Of a DNA stretch of 64,000 nt, positions 14,076 through 28,720 are shown one piece after another; the stretch's first letter is position 1, and every line of letters begins with the position of its first letter. The position numbers were made by a program, and so were the translations under genes. Source of the stretch: Octopus vulgaris (Eukaryota); contig OX597818.1 of assembly GCA_951406725.2 (NCBI GenBank), forward strand, positions 121,830,001 through 121,894,000, read 5' to 3'. The notes under the pieces were generated by a model, which was not told the origin of the DNA, searched no databases, and saw only the letters and a list, made by a program, of their open reading frames with translations.

Positions 14076-14390
14076 AGCTTTCATCCTTTCGGGGTCGATT
14101 AAATAAGTACCAGTTACGCACTGGGGTCGATATAATCGACTTAATCCGTTTGTCTGTCATTGTTTGTCCCCTCTATGTTTAGCCCCTTGTGGGTAGTAAA
14201 GAAATAGGTATTTCGTCTGCCGTTACGTTGTGAGTTCAAATTCCGCCGAGGTCGACTTTGCTTTTCATCCTTTCGGGGTCGATAAATTAAGTACCAGTTA
14301 CGCACTGGGGTCGATGTAATCGACTTAATACCTATGTCTGTCCTCGTTTCTCCCTTCTATGTTTAGCCCCCTGTGGGTAATAAAGAAATA
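14076..14390 (+). mobile_element. Tandem/nested pair of SINE family A tail-1 units
   Basis: Junction AAAGAAATA|GGTATTTCGTCTGCC at ~14198-14221. Confidence 0.9.
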
Positions 14391-15245
14391 GATTTATTGA
14401 GATTTCATCCAGCAATAGATCGGAAACAACTGAATAGAATGGAAGGGTCTATTACATCCAGCATAGGTAAGTAGGCAACGGAATTGTGACATTTCATCCA
14501 ACTATAAATGGAAAACTTCCGAACGAAGTGGAAGAACTTATTACATTCATCCTGGTACCTGACTGGTATCTTGTTTTAATGGGGCTGAAGATGATATAAA
14601 ACAATGTCAAGTTTGTTAGTACTTTATCATTTCTCTCGTTATTAAATCAACAAAAACAACAATTATGTCTCCGCTAAAGTAAGAGGTAAGAAATCCTCCT
14701 TCGATTTCAATGATAAGCACTCAGTTGTTCGATTCAAATGAATTCCTAGTCGTGAAACTAACGTGCAAGTGGCTGAGTATTCCACTGATATGTTTACTTA
14801 AACGTAATTCTCAGGCAGAATCAGAGTGACACGTCATGACAAGGACAAAGCTTTGAGTTACAGGAACAATCCAGAAAGAGAGAGAGATAAACGGAAGGAG
14901 AGACTGATGGAAGAATCGACCCATGTTTTTCGTTTCCTCGACCCCGAAAAGGGTCGATAAATATAGTACGAATCTAAGCAGTTTATTTACCTTTTGTCTC
15001 CCCAGCATTAACACTTACAACCTTATTTCTTACTCTCCTCCTTGTTAAACATTCTGACTAATTCCTCCTAAACGCTTTGACTAATTCTTGTCATCTTTTG
15101 GGATTGTACCCCCACCTCATTTTCTCTTATTAGATATTAACTCAGTCGTATCATTTATTGGAGTCTATTTGCAGACAGATGGAAGACAAAACTTGTCAGA
15201 ATTTATTGTTATAGTCATTGACCCTTATTAACAGCAGTAAAATAT

Positions 15246-15447
15246 TGGTTTCAAATTTTGGCACAGAACCAGCAATTTCGAGTGAAGGGTAAAATCGATT
15301 ATATCGACACCAATGCGCAACTGGTACTTATTTTATTGACTCCGTAAAGATGAAAGGCAAAGTCGACGTCGGCAGCATTTGAATTCAAAACGTAAAGTTG
15401 GAAGGATTTTTTATGGTGCATTAATGATTCCGCCAGATCACCGCCTC
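15246..15447 (-). mobile_element. SINE family A (tail type 3) with 16-bp TSD
   Basis: TSD AACAGCAGTAAAATAT at 15230-15245 and 15448-15463. Confidence 0.9.
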
Positions 15448-16010
15448 AACAGCAGTAAAATATCATTAATAACATATATACTTTCATGCATTGATGTTTA
15501 TATCTAAAAGCAAAAGATGAGAAATGAAGAAAAGAATAAAGAGATGAAAAAGAAGGCAGTTAGGTAGACAGAAGAAGCAAATTAAGGACAAGAAGAAAAA
15601 AACCAAAAGCTACGGAAAGCAACAAGGATGTCTTCGAACCAACGAGGGAATTTCTACATAGAATTCTTGGTCTACTAGAAACAACAGCTAACTCTTCCAT
15701 AAAATATAACCTAACATATATAAAGGAAAAACGAAAGACAGTACATTCGTAAATGTAGTTGCTGCTATAGAAAAAGACAGGTTGTCACGACTGTAATATA
15801 TTTGGTCACATGCCGGGTTGTGTCATGGCTACCCTTGGACCTAACAATATCAAAAGTGTCAAAAAATATTCTCTAGATTTACTTCAATAATTCTTCCATG
15901 AATGCTTTTTGCCTTAGTATGCTTACACGTGTACGGGTATTTATGTATTTCTTATTCTTCAGAAAGTTAACTATGACTGAAAATGTATGGGGAATGGCTT
16001 TCCAAACTAT

Positions 16011-16388
16011 GGTGGAAGCACTCCGTCGGTTACGACGATGAGGGTTCCGGTTGATCCAAATAGCCTGCTCGTGAAATTTACGTGTAAGTGGCTGAGCACT
16101 CCACAGACACGTGCACCCTTAACGTAGTTCTCGGGTATATTCAGCGTGACACAGAGAGTGACAAGGCCGGCCCCTTGAAATACAGGTACAACAGAAACAG
16201 GAAGTAAGGGTGAGAGAAAGTTGTGGTGAAAAAGTACAGCAGGGATCACCACCATCCCCTGCCGGAGCCTCGTGGAGCTTTTTAGGTGTTTTCGCTCAAT
16301 AAACACTCACAACGCCCGGTCTGGGAATCGAAACCGCGATCCTATGACCGTGAGTCCGCTGCCCTAACCACTGGGCCATTGCGCCTCC
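16011..16388 (-). mobile_element. Full-length SINE family C with 15-bp TSD
   Basis: tRNA-like head with an A box (TGGCCCAGTGG) and a B box (GGTTTCGATTCCC). TSD GGCTTTCCAAACTAT at 15996-16010 and 16389-16403. Confidence 0.93.
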
Positions 16389-16643
16389 GGCTTTCCAAAC
16401 TATATATAATGCCACCATTATATCGCAATTAACTGAAGAAAGGAGTCGTACAGAATCTTTTCTTCATTTAATGTTCATTGTTTTTAGTTAATGATACAGT
16501 ATTAATACATATACATATACACATACATTTACGTACATTCATATGTGTGTGTGTGCGCGTGTGCACGTGGTATATATAAGTGTTTATACACACACACATA
16601 TAATGCTAACAATTTTAAAGTTTACTTGTATGTATGTATATAT

Positions 16644-16828
16644 GTATAACCATCTCTTGAATACCGTTGATGATAGTTCGACAAGGGGTGTCAGTAGAGT
16701 AAAAGAGCAACGTCGACAACTAAAACATACGGAATTGACGCACAGCTTTGTTTCTTTTTAATGGCACTTAAAAGATGACAGATAATAAGAGATATTTCTG
16801 CAGTTAGATAGATCGCTAGACTAATGTA
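16644..16828. repeat. ~185-bp direct repeat, copy 1
   Basis: Aligns nearly base for base with 17963-18139. Confidence 0.9.
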
Positions 16829-16846
16829 TGTATGTATGTATGTATG

Positions 16847-16877
<31 letters not shown>

Positions 16878-16949
16878 GTATGGACTTCTGAATTTTCAGC
16901 ATTAAGTTTAAAAATAGCAACGCTATTCTTAATTTAATAGTTATCAACA

Positions 16950-17147
16950 CAAAGGGAGCAATCTGGTACAACCATTAGTACGCATTTCACCAATCCTTAC
17001 GTTCTGAGTTCAAATTTCGACGAGGTCAACTTTGCTTTTATCTTTTTAGAGTCGATAAAATTAGTACCAGTTGAGCACTGGGGTATATGTAACCGACTTA
17101 ACCCCTCCCTCAAAATTGGTGGTTTTGTGTCAAAATGCGAAACCAAT
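16950..17147 (+). mobile_element. Diverged SINE family A (tail type 3)
   Basis: CTTACGTTCTGAGTTCAAATTTCGACGAGGTCAACTTTGC...AAAATGCGAAACCAATA. Confidence 0.8.
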
Positions 17148-17962
17148 ATCTATCACATATATTTTCACTAGCTATTTATAAATATATTTCAAACGACGTC
17201 TCCAAATGTTTTAAACCCACACGCATGTGAGAAATAATACAAATCACTATTGTTTATATGAGAAAACAATGATATTAAAATAAATCTGAGAGTGAAAAAA
17301 GTCTAAGATTCAAACAACAATAGACCCATAGGTCTAAACTGAAAAAGGTAGTTTCACTCACACACCAAATGATCAAACATAGTAGAATTACATTATTTTT
17401 TTGACTAACCCAAACATGAAAGAATTACTTTATATATTGTACTGGCATCCACCCACACACGAGGAAGAAACTCTTTGAGGCTTGTAAACATTTCCCAATA
17501 GGTAATTTACAACAAATGTAGTGGTATTGTGCCACATCGATGAAGATCGATGAAGAGTGAAAGAAAACTTCGACACTTTATTATATACCACGCTATCACG
17601 AAATAAACGAAAAGGAAATAAAACAATTTTTTTGTGTTCCTTAAGGGCTAAAACAATTCTTCCACGATCTAATGTTGTTAATGCATTATTAATAATAATC
17701 GTTTATTACTTTGCCACAAGGCACACACTTTCATGAAAAAAGTGGTTAATTCAATGGAAATCAGTACATCTCTCGTTGTAGATTTATTGACCCAAGTTGA
17801 AAGTCGACTCAGATGGAATTTGATCGGAAAGCGTAAAAGTAAGGTAAACTTGCTAGAAATACCAGTTGAGTTTCCTTCTGTTTATGCTCTACTATCTATT
17901 AAATTCGGTATATCGCATACTGTAGTCCAAGTACAAGTTACAGTATTTGCAAAACAGTAATG

Positions 17963-18139
17963 GTATAACCATCTCTAGAATACCATTGATGATAGTTCGA
18001 TAAGGAGTGTCAGTAGAGTAAAAGAGCAACGTCAACAACTAAAACATACGGAATTGAAGCACAGCTTTGTTTCTTTTTAACGGCACTTAAAAGATGACAG
18101 ATAATAAGAGATATTTTTGCAGTTAGATAGACTAATGTA
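17963..18139. repeat. ~180-bp direct repeat, copy 2
   Basis: Aligns with 16644-16828. Confidence 0.9.
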
Positions 18140-19774
18140 CGTAACAGTGACGACAACGACGATGATCTGAAGCACGTAGTATTTAATTTACTGCTCAAGT
18201 AAAAAAACAAACAAAAACAGAACGTTTGAGTAGATATAAATCGATTATCCACGAGCAGGTATTTGAAAACAATTGAGCTAATGTAGTCTGTTCCCATACG
18301 CATAAGTACTAATTAGATTTTTCTACTTATTTACATTAGATAAGTTAATATTAAACCAGCTTATGGTTTTCATGCGGATTTCATGTTTGACAACTAACTC
18401 TCAATCACTTACTAGCATTCTCCACTTTGTCCAAAATTCCTATGGACCAAGGACTAAAAACAGAAACATATAAAAAAAGTAAGAAACTATTTCGGTCTCT
18501 CTTTGAAGAAGTATTTTGTCTGAAATGTCGCGAAGTCCTATCTCAACGACAAAAGAACGGTAAAAACTTACGAGTTTACTATTAATATTATTTTAACTAT
18601 GATAAATTTTCACGCTTGCACGTATAGTGCACAATATTATGTATCTTAGTAATTCTCTTATCAGAACGGTGAAGTCAAAACCTTGCAGAAGATATATAGT
18701 AAGAGTGAAACATGAGCGGAGTTTTCTCTTGTTCTTGCTGAAATGAATTACAATCATATTTGTCACTGAGCTAATGTCCTTCCATCACTGCTTAATTATT
18801 TTAATTACATTCTTTGTGCTCACCATATTAAATATGTCAACTATAATTTAATTGTTTTTCATGCTGATCACATCTCTGAAAAATTACCGTCAATGACATA
18901 TATTTTCAAACATAATAATTTTCACATCTATTTGTGACAAAATTGTAACTTAACTTAATAATTCTCTCATCAGTACTTTAAAATTCTCCCTCTTTTCTCC
19001 CTACACCGATTAGATATTATTTAATGAATAAATGTTATTCTTATTATCTGGATACTGTATCCGGATGTTACACATAAGAAAGCAAATGTAACAATAAGTA
19101 GTAGCAGAATAGAATGTGTATAATATTAACGAGGAAGAATAAGTTGGTAACTAACTCAACGTGAAAACGAAAATAACAGAAAAAACAAAATGGCGGCGAT
19201 GGTGGTTCGCAGAGCTGTCGTGTTTACGAGACAAATAAGGAAGGTAGATAAAACCAAAAAGAGCAATAAAAAAATTAAGTAAGCAGGTTTCCAAATTTCA
19301 AACATATATAATTGTTATAAAAGAATTATGTTAAGTAAACAAGCTTACTTAAATTAGATATATTAGGAATTGCTGTGCGTGCGCGTGATAATATATGTGT
19401 GTATTCGCATTTGTATGCAGATATGTGAAAGCGGATGTATATATATGAGGATGCACACGAGTATGTATGTACGTATGTATGGTATGTGCATGTTGTTACA
19501 GGAGTGTTGTGTGTGTGTGTGTGTATGTGCGTGCGCGTGCACGTGTGTACCTATAGATACATGCATACATGTGTACATGTATGTAAGTATGCAAGAATGT
19601 ATGCATGAATTTATGCAGTTTTTTATGTCACTATTTTCAGTTTAGTGTTCATTATGTGTGCGCATATATGTATGTACGTATACTTACATACATAATACAT
19701 AATATACATATATATATATATATATATATGCATAGAGATAAACATATATATATATAAATCATCTACACACAAGT

Positions 19775-19861
<87 letters not shown>

Positions 19862-20543
19862 TGTATACACACATACACTCACAAATTTCGAAATATAGTG
19901 ACGCATTAATATTCACATACATACATACGTTCACAAAAACACACACACATATACACACACATAGACACACACGCATTCACAAATATATGTATGGATATAA
20001 TTATATTACGTTATATAAGCACACATATGCACAGCCACACACATGCTTGTGTATGTATGTGCGTATATATACGCATGTGTGAGTGAGTAGCGAGTGTTTG
20101 TAGGTGTGTTCTATAAGTGCTCACGTACCGTTATTGATTATGACTTTTGAAAACAATAGTAATTGTTTGTTATTTCTTCTCCATTTGAACACAATAAAAT
20201 AAAATAAAATAAAATAAAATATGGTAGCAATATGAAATAAAAATAAAGAAACAAATAACATCACCCTATTATTATGGGATTTATTTTCCATTAGCACTAT
20301 GAAGGAATGCGTCTTTGTTTTCTTCCAGAAAACACCCTCTTCATGATGATGATGATGATAATGATGATGATGATGATGATGATTATGATGGTGTTGATGA
20401 TAATGATGATGATGATTATTATAAAGGTAACAACAAAATTACATTACTATTATAACGTTGAAATCATCACCCCCCTACTCCTCTTCCTACTCACTACTAT
20501 CATCATCATCATCATCATTATTATTGTTTTTGTAGTTATGAAC

Positions 20544-20611
<68 letters not shown>

Positions 20612-21015
20612 AGAGTGAATTTATCATTATTATTAATATTATAACAACTGGTATTACTTTTTAAAGTGAAAAAGAAAAGAATCGAATCCCTCCTCGCCCA
20701 TCACCCCAAAATTACTGTTACTACTTCATATTGTTTTTTTTTTTATTTATCTTAACAAACACGTGAATTCCATTTTTCTCAGAGATAACAACAAAATAAT
20801 TATTCCTTGATACACGTTTGAAAGAATTTCTGTACACTGTTTCCCCCTCCACTCTCTTATCCCCACCTAATTATTCTTCTACCAACTACTACTACTACTA
20901 GACCTACTACTTCCCTTTCTTTCCCTCCATCTTTATGTAAACGCCCTCACAAATTGTAAACTATTCTTATAACGGCCCACACCCACGTCTATGACCCTGT
21001 GGCAAATAGAAAAAT

Positions 21016-21069
<54 letters not shown>

Positions 21070-22084
21070 ACACTTTCGGGGCCTTTCCCTTTGATTTTCA
21101 TGCTAGTTCTCTTTATATTAATATCAAAGAATATGTCGGGCATTTCAGTCTTTGAAAAACATACTCATTGTCTTTTCCAACAACATTTACTTCGCTACGT
21201 TATTTAGCTTCCAAGGAATTATTTCAGAGCGGTTTAATCAAATCAGTAAGTAATTTTAATCTATTATTGTTTAACGTGTATTTTAATAATTAATGGGCAA
21301 AATACAACGGAAAGAAAGAAACAAGAAAGTGAAAACAATAAAACGAAAGATTACCAGAACAATACAAAATCAAAATTAAAATTTGATAATCGGATTAAAT
21401 TCTTTGAATTCTTACTCTCAATTTGGTTCTGAATTGTTAGTATGAATTGTTGTTCTTAGTTCTCCCAGAAATAAAAAAAAAACATTACAGAGCCAGAACT
21501 ATATTAAAAGCTTTATACAGTGTTAAAAATGTTGTTTTTAATTTCAGAGGAATATATTACCACCCTATCATCCGACCGAGCGAAGCTTTCACCATCAATC
21601 ATCATTGTTCGAGGATCGATTCTGGACGTGAATCTTAGAGTAACTTGATACAAAGTGGCTTGAATTAATATACATCATGAGAAGCGACCAAAATTGAATG
21701 ATTTTTTCCTTATTCTTTTAAAGATCTGGGCATATCACAGGCGTAAGACAAAGTGGGAGTAAGCAAAACGCTGTATGTTATTGAACCTTAATACGAGGTG
21801 TAATTTTTCCATCAGCGACCCCTGTCTGAAGAATGTTTAAGTTACAGATGATATAGAAATTTGGACCTACAGCCATATATCAAGTTCTTTTTTAATACCG
21901 TGTTTGTTGTATCACTGTGAACCTAGGATGCAGTTACAAATACACTACTGTAATATATAGTATAATACACAGACACAGATACACACACACATACACACAC
22001 ACAATCGCTACTAATAGTCAGTTCTTAATGACAACATTCTAAGTAAGGAGTAAAGGACAAATGCAAATGTTTAAATGTTTAAAC

Positions 22085-22098
22085 TCCTCCTCCTCCTC

Positions 22099-22150
<52 letters not shown>

Positions 22151-22154
22151 TACC

Positions 22155-22251
<97 letters not shown>

Positions 22252-22252
22252 T
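22085..22252. repeat. (CCT)n/(CTA)n/(CCA)n microsatellite
   Basis: Read directly. Confidence 0.95.
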
Positions 22253-22643
22253 ATCGAGGACGACTACGACGACCCAGAAGCCATGAGAGGGAAACCAACT
22301 ACCAGCAACATATAAACTTCGTAAGAAAACCATGTGAACTTCCACAGCTAATATTATGAATAATTAATTTATTTCTATTTTTTAAAAAATTATATTCCAT
22401 TCTCTTGTAGTATGACTAAGTAGTCTTATAAAACCGGTAGCATATTTTGATAAAACGATGGAAACCGGTAGTATATTTTGATAAAAATGTAAATATTTTA
22501 TTTCCTTTGCCCATGATAAAACTTCTAAAAGCAGTTTTTCTTTTTGTTTTACACACACACATGTGCACACCACTAATACGCACACACTCGCGCGCGCACA
22601 TGCACACGCACATATATAAATATATAGAATGAAAATTACTTAC

Positions 22644-22889
22644 GTTTATCATTTTTGTTTTCATTGTTGATTCCTGGTTCCAAATCGTCGCCGGAGCCTG
22701 AATGGATGACGTCTTCAGCTTCGTCGGAATCAAGTTCGACATTTGTTTTGGGTCTAGTCATCGGTACGGTGTCATGAGAGTCACCAATTTCTGACTCTTT
22801 AGTCCCTTCGCCAACTTCGTGTAGTACATGACTGGGCGGGGCATCAAGGTCTATGAAGTCTTCGCTGGCACTTGAACTTCCTTTGTCAT
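22644..22889 (-). CDS. Internal coding exon (246 nt, phase 1-1) of a host gene; acidic SGSG-containing proteoglycan-like ectodomain segment, possibly syndecan
   Basis: Acceptor ctgacttccatttcAG and donor GTAAGT. The frame is open throughout: xDKGSSSASEDFIDLDAPPSHVLHEVGEGTKESEIGDSHDTVPMTRPKTNVELDSDEAEDVIHSGSGDDLEPGINNENKNDK. GC content is higher than in the flanks and the sequence is non-repetitive. The exon call is stronger than the product call. Confidence 0.8.
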
Positions 22890-23289
22890 CTGAAATGGAA
22901 GTCAGAAATTCATGTGTAAAACAGGTGAGTGGTTATATACATATACACAGAAATATTCATGCATACATACACATAATATATTGAAACAAGTAAAACAATA
23001 AAAGAATATGTATATATACATATGAGGCATTATTTGTTTCTTTCGAGCTTATTAATCTTTACATCAACATCCCACATAACTAAGGAAGAGAAGCAATAAA
23101 ATTCTGGCTGGGAAAGTACCCCATAGGACTTCCGGAACGCACAAACCAAGTCTTTATTGTTGAAACTTTAAAATTTATACTTCAGAACAATTATTTCCTA
23201 TTTGATGACACCTACGGTCGTCAAAAATGCGTAATTGCGATGGGAAACGTAACATCACTCCTCATCTCAAAATACTGCTGTATATTTCA

Positions 23290-24270
23290 ATTGACAGCCC
23301 TAGTAAAACAATGAGGCATACAACCTATTGTATAAAATATACATATGCTCTCTAGAAATCCAAAAATGAACAACATTCTGAAAACATAAATTCATCAAAT
23401 GCAAAAGGCAACACAAATCGCTGAAAAAAACTGCTAACAAATGCAAAGTTTTACTCAACCACGAAACCAACGGTTAAAAAATGTGGACGCCTAAACTGTG
23501 GAACATGTCCCAACCTAGTGGAACACGCGGAGTTCCGATTCAAACGAGAAGAGAAGTTCATAATTAAAACCAACTTTCTCTAGTGCTTCCGAGAATCTAA
23601 TTTATGTGATAACTTGCTCAGGTTGTGGATATAACTGTATAGGACAGATAAGTATGACACTGAGACGGATAACTACACTACATAAGGAACAGATCCACCT
23701 CCCGCAATACAGACAGATTCCATTGAGTGAACACAGAAAGAGATGTGCAGGTAATATCCAACGGAACTTCACAGTTTTCCCCATCTACGAGTGCAAAGAA
23801 ACAATTTCTATACAAGAACGTTTTGAATAAAGAAAACCTGTTTATCGAAAAATACAGAACACGTCTAAATATGAACGCATAACTATGATCTCAGTATATA
23901 TTTTAATTCATGATCACATACCTATACATATTTCATATCACTACTTTAGAAAGATGAACAATTACCTCCCCTGTCCCCAATAATAACGATCATTAATTAC
24001 CGCCCCTGAGATTTTTCTACTTGGTGAATCATTCATTCATAAACTTCTCACACATCATGGAGTAAAATCTTCTTAAGAAAATACGAAATTGCAATACTTT
24101 CAATGTATTAGTTAGCGAAAGGGAAACCGGTCGTCAAGCACAATATAAAATATATTTTTTAAAATATTAAAACTATATAGTGTGTGCATTTTCCTTGTTT
24201 TATTATATATATATATTTGCATTACAACTCACCACGTGGGATAATCGAAATTCCCCCTTTTGAGCTACTA
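23290..24270 (+). mobile_element. Penelope-like element 3' fragment (GIY-YIG endonuclease plus pLTR/3' region)
   Basis: Frameshifted KRQHKSLKK.LLTNAKF...VKKCGRLNCGTC...NLIYVITCSGCGYNCIGQ...LHKEQIHLPQYRQIPLSEH. A hammerhead remnant GAAACCGGTCGTC lies at ~24123-24135. Confidence 0.85.
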
Positions 24271-24769
24271 TATATATATGTTAATATAACCACGCTGTCC
24301 CGGTAATCTGATCTAGCTTTCTTTATTTGTGTTAATTTGTGAATATACAATGTGTTCATATGTTACTTTTACGATTTGAAATATTCATAAAAAGTTTTTA
24401 GGATGGTTCAATAGATTTTATTGGAAAACATGGAAACAACTAAAGTTTTATTACAAACATCAGAACATTTCCACGTGAGCTCTACGAGTTGCACACAACC
24501 TGCTGGGTTATCCATATTTTTTCCTGAATTTTTCAAATTGTAAAGGTAGTCTATGGACACCCTGTACAATTGCATTGTATAATGTTGATCATACATATTA
24601 TAAGGAGTGACGTCAAAATGGTTGGATGTAGAAGAATCTAGAAGGTTCTAAAGGTTCAAGGTTTCGAAACGTCCGTAACCGTAAAGAAGTCATGTGGTTA
24701 AATAAATACATATTAACCTCCTGATTTCATGCTTTTTATGTATATATATACATATATGATAGATCGTTA

Positions 24770-25077
<308 letters not shown>

Positions 25078-26730
25078 GTACGTATGTTTCTATGTATATG
25101 TACATTCAATAATCGATTAAAAAATTATTGTTGTGATTTTACAGTCCAAGGTCAGCCCCAAATAAACCGATTCATAGTGAAAATATTTCACCCATGACCA
25201 CTCTATATTTGTAGGTGATTATCTAGGAGCACATTACTTAATGTATATTTTGTTTAAATGATATGAGTGAGATTAAGTCGGTATATCTTGCCGGTTGAGC
25301 GGCCGTATATCAACAGAAAATTTCCATAATTTGTTTTGTGTACAATCGAAACTGTGTATAACTAAATTCATAAAAAATAAAGCTAGGAGTTGACGATCCG
25401 TGTCCTATCGCTTTTGGGATACGAATGTGTGTTTTGTTCGTAGACGAGATTACCTAAGTTTCAATTTGCTCAGTTCAACCACATGTAAAGGGATACTATA
25501 GAGTAAAAACAAACTAGCTCCTCTACGTAGCAGAAGCACTATAACATTAGTTGATGAGAGTTTTTGCCAGATTATAGCATTGTAATCAAAGCTTATACTA
25601 GAGCAAAATAAACTTATTTATTCTAACTTGTCACAGTTTACATGATATGCAGATTGAGTCTTCATTGGTTTCCCTCGAAACTCGCCAAATAACTGAGCAG
25701 TTCGTTTTATTGATATATTTGTTTTAAAATATATGAAGTTAATATATCCTACATTTGTCGTTTGAACTCTGAATACAAAAATATGAAGGTAAGAACTATA
25801 AGGCGTTTAGTTCGATGCTTTAGCTATTTGGTCATCTTTATTGCCATTGAATCAGAACTATTAACATTTTCCATTTTACGTAGGTACGAAAACCATCAGA
25901 TCTATAGCGTTAAAGTGGAAAATGAGAATATATTATTATTTAATGCTTTTCTGAAAGATATTACAGTTCACACCATTAGTGCTATATGGAAAAGAAACGC
26001 AAAAACAATACAGAACAAGAATAAAAAACAACAACATATAAGTGCTTTGCACAACGAAAACGATATATATACATTTCATATGGACAGAAAGTCAGAATAG
26101 AAGTTTGGTGGCTTTCATACTTTCCCAGAACCTTTTCAATGTACACTATAATAAATAGCGATTCATCTCTTGCTATTCATATCCTGACGATGATGCCCAT
26201 AATACTGATCAAAGCCTCATAGTATGTTTTTCATTGGTTGAATTCAAATGACAATATTTTGTTCTTTTGAGTAAAAGGAAAAAAAAGTATGGAGTTTACA
26301 GACAAAATATTCTCACAAGTGGAGATTCAATCATTTAGATTTAAATTAGAATCTAACGAGAAATGCTACATTCAGATTAATTAAAAGCTTATCCTGTCAC
26401 AATCATCAGACATGAAGTTTTAAGAAGAATATCGCCGGGGAACTCCGGGTCATGACAACAATACCTCTTGTCTAGCGGCAGATCAACGATATGAAAAGAT
26501 ACTACCTGCACGATGAAGGAAAAGACGGGAAAGACTATCGGGTCATTTGGCGTTGGATATTTCAAGAAGACTTGAAGTCTGTTTGTAGTCACCCATTGAG
26601 ATGAGTAGTAAAGCACTGTCACCACATGCGCATAGAAGGGATATATACACATACATATACATACAAACATGCATGTACACACGCATATATATATAGATAA
26701 TAACATACACACACACATATTTATATCAGA

Positions 26731-26803
<73 letters not shown>

Positions 26804-26805
<2 letters not shown>

Positions 26806-27215
26806 CGCAGGAGTGGCTGTGTGGTAAGTAGCTTGCTAACCAACCACATGGTTCCGGGTTCAGTCCCACTGCGTGGCATCTTGGGCAAGTGTCTTCTGTT
26901 ATAGCCCCGGGCCGATCAATGCCTTGTGAGTGGATTTGGTAGACGGAAACTGAAAGAAGCCTGTCATATATATGTATATATATGTATGTATGTGTGTGTT
27001 TGTGTGTCCGTGTTTGTCCCCCTAGCATTGCTTGACAACCAATGCTGGTGTGCTTACGTCCCCGTCACTTAGCGGTTCGGCAAAAGAGACCGATAGAATA
27101 AGTACTGGGCTTACAAAGAATAAGTCCCGGGGTCGATTTGCTCGACTAAAGGCGGTGCTCCAGCATGGCCGCAGTCAAATGACTGAAACAAGTAAAAGAG
27201 TAAAAGAGTAAAAGA
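26804..27215 (+). mobile_element. Full-length SINE family B
   Basis: GGCGCAGGAGTGGCTGTGTGGTAAG head, B box GGTTCAGTCCC, CORE-like CTTGGGCAAGTGTCTT, internal microsatellite and tandem AGTAAAAG tail, embedded in (TA)n. Confidence 0.93.
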
Positions 27216-27499
27216 TATATATATATATTTCGAATTTGTGAAAATGTGTATTGAATAATATATCAGTTGAATAAAGTTAAAACTTGGTCTGATTTTCACG
27301 TTTTTTATTATGGCATTAAAAAAAAGTTTTTACAATGTTGAAGTGTGTGAAACCTAAAAAATATATTTTGTAATGTTTATGAAGTTCAGGTAGCGCTTTT
27401 ATACGTTTGTAGTAGTCATTATATTTTAAAATGTACTTAACAGACAGTTAAGTTCATGACAACTGTAGTAAAATGACTGATTTCTTCCTTTTTGTACCT

Positions 27500-28125
27500 C
27501 TTAGAAGGCTCCATCAAGCTGAATTTTTAGAATACGGTTTTGACCAATCCGCATGCAGCTTAAACGACACGGTTTGAATGGCGTACCGATATTACTGGCA
27601 TAGATCCCGTCATCATTTTAACCAATTGCTTGGGGTTTACATGTAATGGGTTTTATGAGTGACCAAATTTAGTTGGTTTCAGTCGTTTTTATTTCAACTG
27701 GTGAGAGTCTTCAGTAATTTGGTTATATTCATATGTTAAAGATATTTTTTTAATCCACATCATTTACTAGTTGTTATATTATTGTTGTTATTTCCGTTCA
27801 GAACAGGCTTGAACATTCTAATTAACCGTTTTTCTTTTATCTTCGTTCCAACCTGACTTATGCCATGTAGCTTGTACAAAGGAAAAATTAGAAACATTTT
27901 CTGATCACATGTTTCTATGTGTTCGCTCAACGGAATTTGGCGAACATTAGTGTTCCGGATTTGTTGACTAGTGAGCGTTCCGATAATGCATTCCCTGTCT
28001 CTCTAATATGTAGTTCCTCGCAATTCGGGCATTTAATGCAGTAGATCAAATTTCTGCTTTTGCAGTTCATATCTGCATTTGCGAAAATACGTCCATTTTT
28101 TTGTTCTAATGGATCTATCAGTATG
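27500..28125 (-). mobile_element. Penelope-like element 3' fragment (GIY-YIG) with degenerate hammerhead
   Basis: The ORF track gives NADMNCKSRNLIYCIKCPNCEELHIRETGNALSER. Downstream on the minus strand is TTAAAATGATGA...CAAACCGTGTCGTTTAA (~27558-27622). Confidence 0.8.
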
Positions 28126-28130
28126 CGTAT

Positions 28131-28203
<73 letters not shown>

Positions 28204-28317
28204 AAGGATAAAATTGTTATTATAAAATAATAACGATATCAGTGAATAGCATGCTTTAAAACCGTAGAGGTAAAAATTAATATACATCTGTTATCATATA
28301 TGAATATATACCACTAG

Positions 28318-28545
28318 AATGAGGAGTACCGGGAAAAGTACCAACAAGCTAGAAACAGAAGTCAAAACGACTCTAAACCACGTAAATCACTCATATGCAA
28401 AGGTGAAAGTGAGGAAGCGAGCATAAGTAGAATATTAGCGTACCTTTTGTGAATAAAATTCACGTGCATATGAGTGATTTAAGTGGTTTAGAGTCGTTTT
28501 GACTTCTATTTCTAGCATGTAGGTACTTTTCCAGTACTATTCATT
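28318..28545. mobile_element. Foldback/MITE-like element with ~80-bp inverted arms
   Basis: 28318-28399 is the reverse complement of 28465-28545 with few mismatches. The flanks are TA-rich. Confidence 0.8.
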
Positions 28546-28638
28546 ATATTTGTATATATTTATATATGATTCTAGACTTATACATATATGTGTGTGTTAA
28601 AATACATACATACATACATATACATACATACATATACA

Positions 28639-28720
<82 letters not shown>

